A program made the translations under genes and the position numbers. The notes beneath the pieces are model-generated. The model made no database searches, was not told the DNA's origin, and saw only the letters and a list, made by a program, of their open reading frames with translations. From assembly GCA_951406725.2 (NCBI GenBank), contig OX597824.1, positions 35,588,001 to 35,652,000 on the forward strand: a DNA stretch of 64,000 bases. The letters run 5' to 3'. Positions 1 through 10,849 of this stretch are shown here, in pieces. The stretch is from Octopus vulgaris. Its lineage: Eukaryota. Each line of letters starts with the position of its first letter. Positions within the stretch are counted from its first letter, which is position 1.

Positions 1-70
1 ATGAACTCATAGTTGTATGTTTGAGTATGACCCTATAGCTTCATCGCATCTTCATATATATTAATACAGG

Positions 71-111
<41 letters not shown>

Positions 112-409
112 ATAAGATCGTTATTTAAATATCGAACTTATCAAGTGGCCAGCATGGAAATAAAAACCTTCAAAGGTAATAATTATTATTAAAATTATAA
201 TTTAGGGTATATCAGAGATACCGCCACGCTTGAAATAGCAGTCAAAACTTGACTCTAAAACCACATTAAAAGTTCATACAGCACCAGGAGAGAAGACATT
301 AAAAGACAAAATAAACTGGCAAAAAATTCGTGGATAATTCCAGATTCCGGATTTCTGGCTCTACATAAGAAATGCTTTGCCTCCTCAGTGAATATATATA
401 TATATTCTT

Positions 410-582
410 CTGTTATTTGTTTCAGTCATTTGACTGCGGCTGTGCTGGAGCCTTTAGTCGTACAAATCAACGCCAGCAACTATTCTTATTCTATCGGCCT
501 CTTTTGCCGAAACGCTAGTTTACGGGGAAGTAAACACACCAACATTGGTTGTCAAGCGATACTGGGGGACAAACACAGACAC

Positions 583-585
<3 letters not shown>
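410..585 (-). mobile_element. SINE family B, 3' half
   Basis: Reverse complement of the family-B tail (TTTCAGTCATTTGACTGCGG...GGGGACAAACACAGACAC) running into the (CA)n/(TA)n tract that is normally internal to this SINE. Confidence 0.8.
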
Positions 586-646
<61 letters not shown>

Positions 647-700
647 GTACATATATTTATATATACATATATGTTCATATGTATCTATGTATATATATGC

Positions 701-731
<31 letters not shown>

Positions 732-874
732 TATATATATGTATGTATATGTATATGTATGTATATGTATATATATATATATATGTATGTATATATATAT
801 GTATGTATGTATCTATATATATGTGTGTGTGTGTGTGTCTGTGTGTGTGTGTGTGTGTGTGTCTGTGTGTGTGT
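586..874. repeat. Compound (CA)n-(TA)n-(TG)n microsatellite
   Basis: Direct reading; explains the [12 protein letters not shown] ORFs here. Confidence 0.95.
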
Positions 875-970
875 GGAGGCGCGTGGCTTAGTGGTTAGGG
901 TGTCAGCATCATGATCGTAAGATTTTGTTTTTGATTCCTAGACCAGCCAACGCGTTGTGTTCTTGAGCAA
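875..970 (+). mobile_element. tRNA-derived SINE head (family C/E), truncated
   Basis: GGAGGCGCGTGGCTTAGTGGTTAGG (Pol III A box), degenerate B box, then GCGTTGTGTTCTTGAGCAA as in the copies at 1616-1940 and 35678-36003. Confidence 0.75.
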
Positions 971-1157
971 AAATGTCCCCCTAAATTACAAAATTAGGGG
1001 AGGGGGAATCTGCCCTATTTTTCAAATCCTGGCAGCACACTGAAGCTGGAAGCAGGATAATAATCTAATTCTACACTTTATCACATTCAAGAATATAAAC
1101 ACGTTTTTATGCACAGCACACGCTGAGTAAAAAAGAAACACTTCTTTTCACCAGCAC

Positions 1158-1242
1158 ACTGGGGTCGACACTTCGAAAACCACAGTGGTGTCTCTCCCTA
1201 GCGTGAAGCTTCCTAACTCGGACATGTGCGCAAACACCACTT
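1158..1242. repeat. Left arm of 85-bp long-range inverted repeat (partner 3603-3687)
   Basis: Manual alignment to the reverse complement of 3603-3687 gives 80/85 identity with no gaps. Confidence 0.9.
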
Positions 1243-1615
1243 TGCTGGAACTATGAAGCGCACAGTTCTATAAAAGAATTTTTGTATTTTTTTCATAAAC
1301 TAGGGGATGGCTACTGACATTAAGCTTAAGGATTATATAATGTACAAGCATAAAGAAAGAATTAAAGAAAATAAGGGACTCATTATATTAAATGTCATCG
1401 ATAATATCGAGTGGAAATAGGAGTACTGCAGTTCCGTAGTGCCTATACACGAGCCGCCACTGCTCATGGTTTTACTCATGCGGGTGTGTGAAGCGAACTG
1501 GGGAGTCAAGTATTAGATAGTCTTTCTTAAAGTATAGTCTTGGAGAGGGATCACACACACACACATATTTATGTGTGTACGTGTGTGTATGTGTGTATGT
1601 ATATATATATTCTGA

Positions 1616-1940
1616 GACCCCCTTCGGTCACAACACAGACCATGGGATTGCACCTAGAAAGTTACCCTCCCAGGCACAAGGTTTTTTATGGAAGACCAGC
1701 AGTCGCCCATACATACCGGCTTCCTCTCTCCAAGCCCCCAATGTTATCCAAGGGAAAGGAAAAGAGGCCGATACAGCTTGGTACTTGTGATATCGCAACT
1801 CATTTCTACAGCTGAGTGAACTGGAGCAACGTGAAACAAAGTGTCTTGCTCAAGAAAACAACACGCAGCTCGGCCCGGGATTCGAGCTCACAACCTCACG
1901 ATCGTAAGCTCGACGCTGTAATCACTGAGCCATGCCACTT
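1616..1940 (-). mobile_element. tRNA-derived SINE family C, near full length
   Basis: Minus strand begins GGCATGGCTCAGTGATTA...TCGAATCCCGG (A/B boxes); collinear with 35678-36003. Confidence 0.85.
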
Positions 1941-1945
1941 CGCAA

Positions 1946-1992
<47 letters not shown>

Positions 1993-1995
<3 letters not shown>

Positions 1996-2197
1996 ACCTC
2001 GTGTGTACCGTTGGCGATTTTTTTTCCTCTGTCTTCCCTTCTCTGGATCTTTCCTTCTCCTATGTTTCCGACGAAGAGCTCCGCTCGAAACGTTAAACCC
2101 TCCTTCTTTCCTTCTTTCCTGAGCGTCCAATAATACTATATTTGTTCCACGTCCTCGCGTTGTTGTGTTTTTTTATGCTTTCTTGTTTGGATTAACT
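1993..2197 (+). mobile_element. Penelope-like (PLE) terminal fragment in a (TA)n tract, with a minimal hammerhead motif at 2064-2098
   Basis: GTTT-CCGACGA-A-GAGC-TCC-GCTC-GAAA-CG-TT-AAAC fits the minimal type I hammerhead layout known from PLEs; 3' part repeated at 7624-7733. Confidence 0.6.
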
Positions 2198-2246
2198 CAT
2201 CTCACGTCTGATCAACTTTGCAGTGTTTGATCAATCAGCCTATTAT
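2196..2246. repeat. 51-bp perfect inverted copy of 4388-4438
   Basis: CTCATCTCACGTCTGATCAACTTTGCAGTGTTTGATCAATCAGCCTATTAT is the exact reverse complement of 4388-4438. Confidence 0.92.
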
Positions 2247-2348
2247 ATATATAAGTGAAAAAAATGGTGGATTTTTTCTCTTATGAGGTTTTTCACGCTA
2301 ATTACTTGATAAATTCTTATGAAGATTTTATCTTATTTAAAAAAAAAA

Positions 2349-2424
<76 letters not shown>

Positions 2425-2848
2425 ATGGGCTTCTACTCAGTCCCTGTCGACCAATTTCACTCCTAAGGTCTTGCTTACCATACTCCCACCCCCGAAGCCT
2501 TCGCAAAATGCTATGTAATTGAATCTTAACTAACCAACGTGGAGCGTTTTACAATTTCTGTTTGAACTCCGTGGTTTACGCTCATCAACGCTAAACAGAC
2601 AAGAACAAAAACTGTTTACCTACAGAAAACTCAATTGCGATCTCGAACGTTAAACTTGCAACTATTACGTCTCACTCCTCTTAACACTTACCCTCACTCT
2701 CTCTCTCTCTTTCTTTTCGTCTTTCTCTCTCTCTTTGTTTTCCCCCTTCCTATCTATATCTATCTGTCTATCTCTCCCTTTACCTGTTAATATTTTCTTC
2801 GTCTCTTTCTTTTCTAGCTCTGCATTTAGTTCACACTATTCATAGTGT

Positions 2849-2950
2849 CTCTTCTTCTTCTTCTTCTTCTTCTTCTTCTTCTTCTTCTTCTTCTTCTTCT
2901 TCTTCTTCTTCTTCTTCTTCTTCTTCTTCTTCTTCTTCTTCTTCTTCTTC

Positions 2951-2982
<32 letters not shown>

Positions 2983-3018
2983 GGCAAGCAGACAGGTAGA
3001 TAGATAGGTAGATGGCTG

Positions 3019-3050
<32 letters not shown>

Positions 3051-3078
3051 CATACATACATACATACATACATACATA
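2849..3078. repeat. Compound (CTT)n-(GACA)n-(GATA)n-(CATA)n microsatellite
   Basis: Direct reading; source of the poly-R/K/E ORFs. Confidence 0.95.
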
Positions 3079-3602
3079 CTTCTATGACATTCCTTATTTC
3101 TTTCTTCATTTCACTCTTTCTTTCTTTATCCTTTCTACTTCTGAGATAGTTTTCTTCACTTCTTTATTGCACGGTCATAAACGACATCATATTCGAGTTA
3201 TTGTTAAAGAGAAGGATTGTTAAACAAGAAGGATTCCACCAGAGAACAAATAGATTTATTTGGGGATAGGCTTTATTTCCAGCTTTCTAACAAAAGCCTC
3301 CACCAGTTTCCTTTTAACAAACAGTAGTTATACACGCACATTTCTATAGCACTGCAGTCTGTGTATGAATCAGTATGGTGTACGTTTTTTTTAGGATGCA
3401 ATAAGGAAAACTTCTTAGTGTGCAACGATTGGACACAGGGATACAATTATTGTTAAACTTTACTAATCGTTGATCAGTTTTATGTGTGGGTGACTGGAAA
3501 GAGAGAGAAAGAGAGAGAGAGAGAGAAAGAGGGAGAGAAAGACAAAAAGAAAGAGAGAGAGAGTGAGGGTAAGAGTTAAGAGGAGAGAGACATAATAGTT
3601 AC

Positions 3603-3687
3603 AAGTGGTGTTTGCGCACATGTCCGAGATAGGAAGCTTCACGCTAGGGAGAGACAGCACTGTGGTTCACGAAATGTCGACCCCAGT
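3603..3687. repeat. Right arm of 85-bp inverted repeat (partner 1158-1242)
   Basis: See partner arm; 5 mismatches. Confidence 0.9.
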
Positions 3688-3979
3688 TTTAAGCCTATTA
3701 GATTTGTTGAAATTGGACCCTGCACTAAGAGAGGGCCTCGCCTACACACTCGAGCAGAGGACGCTATGATGAATTTTTTGTATATCATTGTGATTAATAA
3801 TGGAGCCTCAAGCCTTCCGTGCTTTTTGGCTGGGACTGGCGTGCAACACGAAGCATAAATCATTAATCTTCAGCTTTTGTAGAGTAGAGGACCCGACTGA
3901 CAATTCTCTAATTGGGCTTCCCACTTCCTAGCGCCTGTCCTGCTGCAAACTTTATTTGTTGGGGTGATAAAATATAAAC

Positions 3980-4268
3980 TGGGACTTCGTCCGTCGGTTC
4001 CAATTGATCCGTTCAACGGAACAGCCTGCTCGTGAAATTAACGTGCAAGTGGCTAAGCCCACCACATACATGCGTCACCTTAAACGTAGTTCTCAGGAAG
4101 ACTCAGCAGGACACAAAATGTGGCAAGGCTGACCCTTTGAAATACAGTTACAACTCAGTTGTGTAAGCTGAGCGGACTTGCTCAAGAACATGACACGCTG
4201 CTAGGAATCGAACTTACGACCCTACGATCGTGGACTAAATACTCTAATCACTAAGCTACGTACTTTCA
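3980..4268 (-). mobile_element. tRNA-derived SINE family E (C-like head, different tail)
   Basis: TCAACGGAACAGCCTGCTCGTGAAATTAACGTGCAAGTGGCT body shared with 12755-13030 (+), 45140-45423 (-) and 20290-20420; tRNA-like head at the right end. Confidence 0.75.
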
Positions 4269-4320
4269 CTAAAGAAAAATATAAACAGAACTGTTAACTA
4301 CTGCAACATGGGGCAGTAAA

Positions 4321-4367
4321 CTGCGTTGAGCTGTAATCTGCGTTGAGCTGTAATCTGCGTTGAGCTC
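4321..4367. repeat. 17-bp tandem repeat CTGCGTTGAGCTGTAAT x2.8
   Basis: Direct reading. Confidence 0.9.
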
Positions 4368-5322
4368 TGGCTGTGAACTGATCCGACATAATAGGCTGAT
4401 TGATCAAACACTGCAAAGTTGATCAGACGTGAGATGAGCTTCCTATTGTATCGGTTGATCAGAAGTTAGAGAAACACAGTGTGCGTAGGAGGTTATCTGA
4501 ACACCAACATTATGGGAAGATTTGAGGATTAGTGAAAGCTCCTCGTTAGTTTCAACTTGAACAGTTCAAGTGTCAGACCAGACGACTCTTCAAATTTTAA
4601 AATGAAAAAGAAACTTTAAAGAGAGAGTGAGAGAGGGACGGACAGAGAGACAGAAACAGAGAGAGAGAGACAGATAGACAGAGAGAGATGTAACAAATAA
4701 AGCTTTCAAAATGAAGTCAGCTTAAGAATGCAGTGCACCCACAATAAAATAAAAGAGTTATTTATATAAACTGGTATCGACTTCCTGTCTCCAAAACGCA
4801 ATCCACTAATTAATGGATTCAAAAATATTTATAAATTTTAATGTGTGTGTGTATACATGTACACGCATACATACATACATAATGCATACATACATACATA
4901 CATAGATACATACATATATAAACATATATGTATATACATACATTTATATCTGTATTACATTATATATATATATATGCATAACATGCATGTTATATGTATG
5001 GTATGGTGTGTATACACATATACGCACACAGTGCATTTTAATATGTGGTTTGTTGACACGGCTTACATCCTGCACTGGCAATGTGTTTTTCATATTCCGG
5101 CAGAACGAAATCTGCTTTCATTCCTACGAGGCTTAACTACAGTTAAAAGAATGTCACAAGGGATTTAGTAAATGTTATTGCCAGGATTATGACACAGTAA
5201 AATAAAACAAAACCCAGTCTTCGGTAAGGCAAATAACAATCTTTAAAATACTGAAACATATTTCTAGTTTGTAATGCATACACATATGTTCACACACACA
5301 CACACACACACGCACACACGCA

Positions 5323-5371
<49 letters not shown>

Positions 5372-6089
5372 ACACACATCACACACACACACGTGTACAC
5401 GTGCGCACACACACACACACCTAGTTTGTGTATTTTCTATATTTGTGTGGGTGTATTTTTATGTATTTTGGGGTTATTTCATTCGTACTTGTTAATTGAA
5501 TTATGAAAATGACCAATAATATTAGTGGGAAACTCGAATTGCCAAAATTATCTAATCGACAGAAACTGTAACTACATTGATTAGATTAGATTCACTCACT
5601 TTGCTAGTTTGAGAAAATCTTGGCACATAGAAGTTGGTCTGTGGTTGCAGAATATTTAGATTTTCCGAGATGAAACAGGTACCACCAGGGATGATATCAA
5701 AAGTGAACAGTAGCATCAACCTATCTAGGTAAGTTAAAGCTAATCTTTCACAAGGGTCCTTCTAGGTATTTTAACTCGATCCCGTTTCTGTGGATTTAAG
5801 TGAATGAGCAATAATCCTATCTTTCTACTCTGGTGCCTAAGAGCTAAGCGAAAGGGTGCTGCAAATGTTTAGAAAGTCTAAGAACTAGAAACACAACGAA
5901 ATAACTCCAGTGAATTTGAACTCTCGGTCGTTGAATTCATAGTTTGTGGTTCTCAAATTCTTATTATTTATTATTCATGATGCATTTGAGACTAAAGCGA
6001 AATATTTTAGCGCACTAGCGTTAAATGTCGCGAATATATTTTTAGGGAAAAAAAAATAGTTATTAGACATTGTAACCCACAAATATTGA

Positions 6090-6302
6090 TTTCAAATTTT
6101 GGAACAAGGTCAACAATCTCGGGGGTAGAAGATAAGTCGATTACAATAACCCTAATGCTCAACTGGTACTTACTTTATCGACCCCGAAAGGATGAAAGGC
6201 GGAGTCGGCCTCGGCGGAATTTGAACTCAGGACGTGGAAACGGGCCAAATGCCACTAAGCATTTTGCCCTACGTGTTAACGATTCTACCAGTTCGCCAAC
6301 CT
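6090..6302 (-). mobile_element. SINE family A (short-tail type), diverged
   Basis: TCGACCCCGAAAGGATGAAAGGC...CTCGGCGGAATTTGAACTCAG core shared with more than 20 copies in the window. Confidence 0.8.
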
Positions 6303-7444
6303 AATTTAAGCTATTAATATTATTAACTTAGATTACAGACAATCATTAAGTGTTTCTTTCCTCAAGAAATTAATGAGAAAATTTCATTGTACATTTTACA
6401 AACATTTTCAATATCATTTTATTTTCGCCGTGAATCTAGCTACAAGTTGCAGACCACCGTTTGGGAATCATTAGTCTAATATAACCATTCTGCCGTTTCT
6501 AGATAAAGAATATTCTAAGCTGAACCAATAAATTGACATTTGTTATCTATTTGTATCAGCAGACATGATAAATGTAATCCAGACTACCTGACTTGTTTTT
6601 AACATTGGAATATAAATTAATTGTTTCCCTAATCTTCAAGCACACATGTATTAAGGAAAAGTTTTTGGCCTTTTTCATTCTTACTCTATTATCGAACGAC
6701 AACTCTTCGACTTTCCTACGCCAACCATTTCTCCTAAGTACAATTTCCTCCCTTCCAATCTTTTCTCATTTCCTCCTTCCACCTTTCTGCTATTTCTTTC
6801 CTTTTTCCTCCCTCATTGATGCAATCTTCCCCTTTCTAAATTCCATCCTCTCCGAGAGTTTTCAGCCGCGCCTGCTCCAATATCTTTTCCTCGGTGTCAC
6901 ACCCACTCTCACCGCAGCCCGCAGATCTTAGATTTAAACTTCCATTTCTTTTCTACTTCCCCCTTCTCACTTGTAAACAGATTCGTCTGTCTCACTTTAT
7001 TCCTTGTTATTGCGAAATAAAATCAACAACAACGAAGCACACACCACCACCTACCATTAACAGCAACAACAACAACAACAACAACAACAACAAACTGCGC
7101 AAAAAAAATATGTGTGTCAATTTTAAGTGTGTTAAGGGCCAAATTATCAATGTGTTTCGTAGAACTAGTAGTAGGACAATAAACAGAGTTGACGTTGTAC
7201 TTGGTGACACTAGTAAAGCAGAACAGTTTACTAATACAAGCGTAATACAAGTACCATAGTGAAGACACCAACTTCACGTGTAACACTACGTACTTAGCTA
7301 TCTGTTGCTTAGTCACGCTTTCTTCACACCCCCTTTTCTCACTCTCCCTGTCTCTCTCTCTCTCTTTCTCACTTTCATTCTTTCTTTGCATGTTTGTGTT
7401 TGTATATATATATATATATACACACACACACATATACCTATATG

Positions 7445-7500
<56 letters not shown>

Positions 7501-7623
7501 ATACATATATATACCTGTATATAAATATTTATATGTATACATGCATATGCACACACACACACAAACACATGTATATCTTTACATTTATGTGTGTGTATAT
7601 ATATATATATATATACATTCAAT

Positions 7624-7728
7624 CGTTAAACCCTCATTCTTTCCTTCTTTCCTGAGCGTCCAATAATACTATATTTGTTCCATGTCCTCGCGTTGTTGTG
7701 TGTTTTTTTTGTGCTTTCTTGTTTGGAT

Positions 7729-7733
<5 letters not shown>
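7624..7733 (+). mobile_element. 5'-truncated copy of the PLE-type fragment at 1993-2197, flanked by (TA)n
   Basis: CGTTAAACCCTC...CTGAGCGTCCAATAATACT...GTTTGGATTAACT nearly identical to 2091-2197. Confidence 0.8.
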
Positions 7734-7782
<49 letters not shown>

Positions 7783-7860
7783 TATATATATTTATATATA
7801 TATATGCACGCACACACACATACAAGTATACATATATATACACACACACGCACACACGAT

Positions 7861-8025
7861 GAAAAGTTCCTGGCTTTACGCGTGTCGCGAAAGGCCTGGT
7901 TGTGGGGCGAATCTTCCGGGTTCTTTTACAGTACTTAGAGAAACTGAAGGACCGCTGCAATAAATGTGTGAATCTGAGAGGAGAATATGTTGAATATATT
8001 TTCTTTTACCCAAAACCAGGAACTT
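7861..8025 (+). mobile_element. Mariner-derived MITE
   Basis: Inverted ends AAGTTCCTGG / CCAGGAACTT; internal frame reads RCNKCVNLRGEYVE, resembling the mariner transposase C-terminus (RW.KC....G.YVE). Confidence 0.7.
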
Positions 8026-8667
8026 CGCGTGTGTGTGTATGCATATATATATATGCATATATATGTATGTATACAGGATGTATAATGTGTATAGATTGTC
8101 GAATAAACGTACATTGCGGAATTCCTGTGACTTTTAACCTTACGAGGTCAATAAAATAAATACGGAAATCCGTAGAATTAATTAGGACCCCTTCAATGTG
8201 GCGGTACCTTAATACGGCAGCAGTCCAGTGTCTGGCATTAGTAAAAATGTATGTGTGTGTGTGTGTGTGTGTGTGAATGAGTACGTGTGTGGTAGAGAGG
8301 GGGAGCAGAAAGAGAGAAAGAATGAGAGAGAAAGATGGGCATATATGTGTATGTCTGTTTATCTGCATGTCCACGTATGTTTATGTAATACAGAAAGATA
8401 TAGCTATAGCTAAACACTTAAGACGGTCTCTTCAAATTCATCAAATACAAGATTCTATCCGACGGCAGCATTCTTGGGTAAGTATCTTATATCATAGTTA
8501 TTTTATGATTAGACACTGACCGTATAGAAGTGGATTGGGCGGGTAGTATCTGTGATTCGATTTTTCATCTTTAGCTGGGCAGTGTTACGCGTATTGTATC
8601 GGAAATGTCTCTGGAATACTCAGGCACTTATGCTCTACTGTATATACAGTAGTGTATAGTATCTATG

Positions 8668-8965
8668 GGTGGCGGCGCAATGGCCCAGAGGTCAGGGCAG
8701 CGGACTCGTGGTCGAAGGATCGATTCCCAGACCGGGCATTGTGTGTGTTTATTGAGCGAAAACATCTAAAAAAGTTCCACGAGGCTCAGGCAGAGGGTGA
8801 TCGCAACCCCTGTTGCACTCTTTCGCCACAACTTTCTCACTCTCTCTTCCTGTTTCTTGAGTAACTCTGCGATGGACTGGCGTCCCATCCAGCTGGTGGG
8901 AACACATACACCACAGAAACCGGGAAACCGGGCCCATGAGCCTGGCTAGGCTTGAAAAGGGCGAC
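8668..8965 (+). mobile_element. tRNA-derived SINE family F (single copy here)
   Basis: GGCGCAATGGCCCAGAGGTCAGGG A-box-like start, TCGATTCCC B-box remnant, SINE-type GCGATGGACTGGCGTCCCATCCAG body. Confidence 0.6.
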
Positions 8966-9159
8966 GTTTTATCGTATAGTGTGTATAAGCGTGTATATTG
9001 TTCTGTATAGTGTGTTTATTGTATATATATAGTGTTGTTATTCAAACATCAGATATTCGTTTCGCTGGAACCATCGCGGAACTCACAAACTCACAAACAT
9101 GAAAATACACACACACAAATGTCATATGTAAGCACACACACACACACACATATATATAT

Positions 9160-9537
9160 AGGGGCAACGTTGCTGTGTTGTAAGAAGCTTGCTTCCCAAT
9201 CACATGGTTCCGGGTTCATTCCCACTGCGTGGAACCTTGGGCAAGTGTCTTCTGCTATTGCCTCGACCGACCAAAGCTGTGTGAGTGGGTTTAATAAACG
9301 GAAAGAAGCCCGTCGTATGTGTGTGTGTGTGTTCACGTGTGTGTATTTGTGTGTTTGTCTCCCCCACCATCGCTTGACAACCGATGCTGGTGTGTTTACG
9401 TCCCCATAATTTAGCGGTTCGGCAACAGAGCTCGATAGAATAAGTACTAGGCTTACAAAGAATAAGTCCTGGGGTCGATTTGTTCGACTAAAGGTGGTGC
9501 TCCGGTATGGCCGCAGTCAGATGAATGAAACAAGTAA
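9160..9537 (+). mobile_element. SINE family B, full length, diverged
   Basis: tRNA-like head (GGTTCCGGGTTCATTCCC), CTTGGGCAAGTGTCTTCT block, internal (TG)n, family tail. Confidence 0.85.
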
Positions 9538-9558
9538 TATATATATATATATATATAT

Positions 9559-9915
9559 AAATCCTTAAATCCTTAAATCCTTAAAAATGTTTTAACCCGA
9601 AGGCCGCGGCCATGCTGGGGCACCACCGCTGAATGAGCTACACTAATATGTGAATCCACCTCTGATACGTGGCACTTGATCAACAAGGGAGTTCGATGCT
9701 GCTGCCCGCATCTGCGTCACCTGTCGTGAGGTAGGTTCATCTGGGACTCCCAACAAGAAGAGATCCAGTTTAGTTTTAAAGAAACGCACACCCACATCAT
9801 GTAAGTCTCTCAGGCATTTAGGGAGGATGTTAAAGAGCTGTGGTCCTCTGAAACCCAAGCTGTTGCAGTATCTGGACCTGTATTTTGATGGTGATATTGG
9901 AATCTTTGGCATCAA
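9559..9915 (-). mobile_element. 5'-truncated CR1/L2-type LINE: ORF2 C-terminus, 3'UTR and (AAGGATTT)n tail
   Basis: ORF 9643-9918(-) SLGFRGPQLFNILPKCLRDL...FFKTKLDLFL..VPDEP resembles the CR1/L2 ORF2 end (W/FN.LP...FK..LD); three 8-bp terminal repeats at 9559-9582. Confidence 0.8.
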
Positions 9916-10716
9916 CAATGGATTAATGAATCTTTGTCATCAACAATGGATTAATGGAGTCCAGAATAATGACAATACTTTCGTGAAACGATCGTAAGAC
10001 GCATTAATTAACAAATTTTTAAACTGTCATGCTTCATATATTTACATACATTTTTAATACAATACTATTTCAGACATATATATCTTTGTGAGAAATTTTT
10101 TTTTTATATTAAATTTTATGCTATTATTTCAAAATAATAACTGCTACCTTCATTGGTCATTTATTGATTATTTATAATCTCTCAGAACTTGTCATATTTT
10201 TCTGTTTTTACGTTACTTCATCATAATTAACTATCCCATTATGCTAAACACAATCTACTTTCCATTAAATAATTTCGAATAACCTCAGCGTATTTTTAAT
10301 GAAATAACCCATGTTCGAAGAATTGCTTTTCAACCTTCCTGCAGTTACTACCGCCTTACTCTTTCATGGATTTCTTAAATATTTCTTATATATTTGAAGT
10401 TTTACTTTCAAATTTAACATATATTTTAATTATCTATCTCCTCCCCCTCTACCACAATCCCTTCTCCTTTTTCTTTTTCTTTTCCCCTTTCTCTTTTTCA
10501 ATGTTCTATGTTCCCTCTATGTTCTATATTCTCTCTATGTTCTCTCCGCTCGATCTATCTACTCCTGCACTTTCCTTTTCTCTCCCTATCTTTCTTCTTC
10601 ATTCCTTCCCTCGATTCTTCTTTTTATCCTTCTTTTCCGTTCTTCCTCTCCATTTACTCTCCTATCTCTCCCGTTGACTCCAGTTTATTTTTTGAAACTT
10701 ACGTCCATATCTTACC

Positions 10717-10751
<35 letters not shown>

Positions 10752-10849
10752 ATGTATGTATACATGCATGCATCAGCTGCACAACGTGTTCGTGAATGCA
10801 GTTGAGTTTAATAACAACCACATCGCATCACAACAGCTAGTCATCGATC

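Noticed and set aside
2826-3109. Poly-R, poly-K and poly-E ORFs
   Set aside because: Three frames of one (GAA)n microsatellite.
3646-3858. Stop-free plus-strand frame (KPIRFVEIGPCTKRG...) as a possible exon
   Set aside because: No recognisable protein similarity or convincing splice sites; length is within chance.
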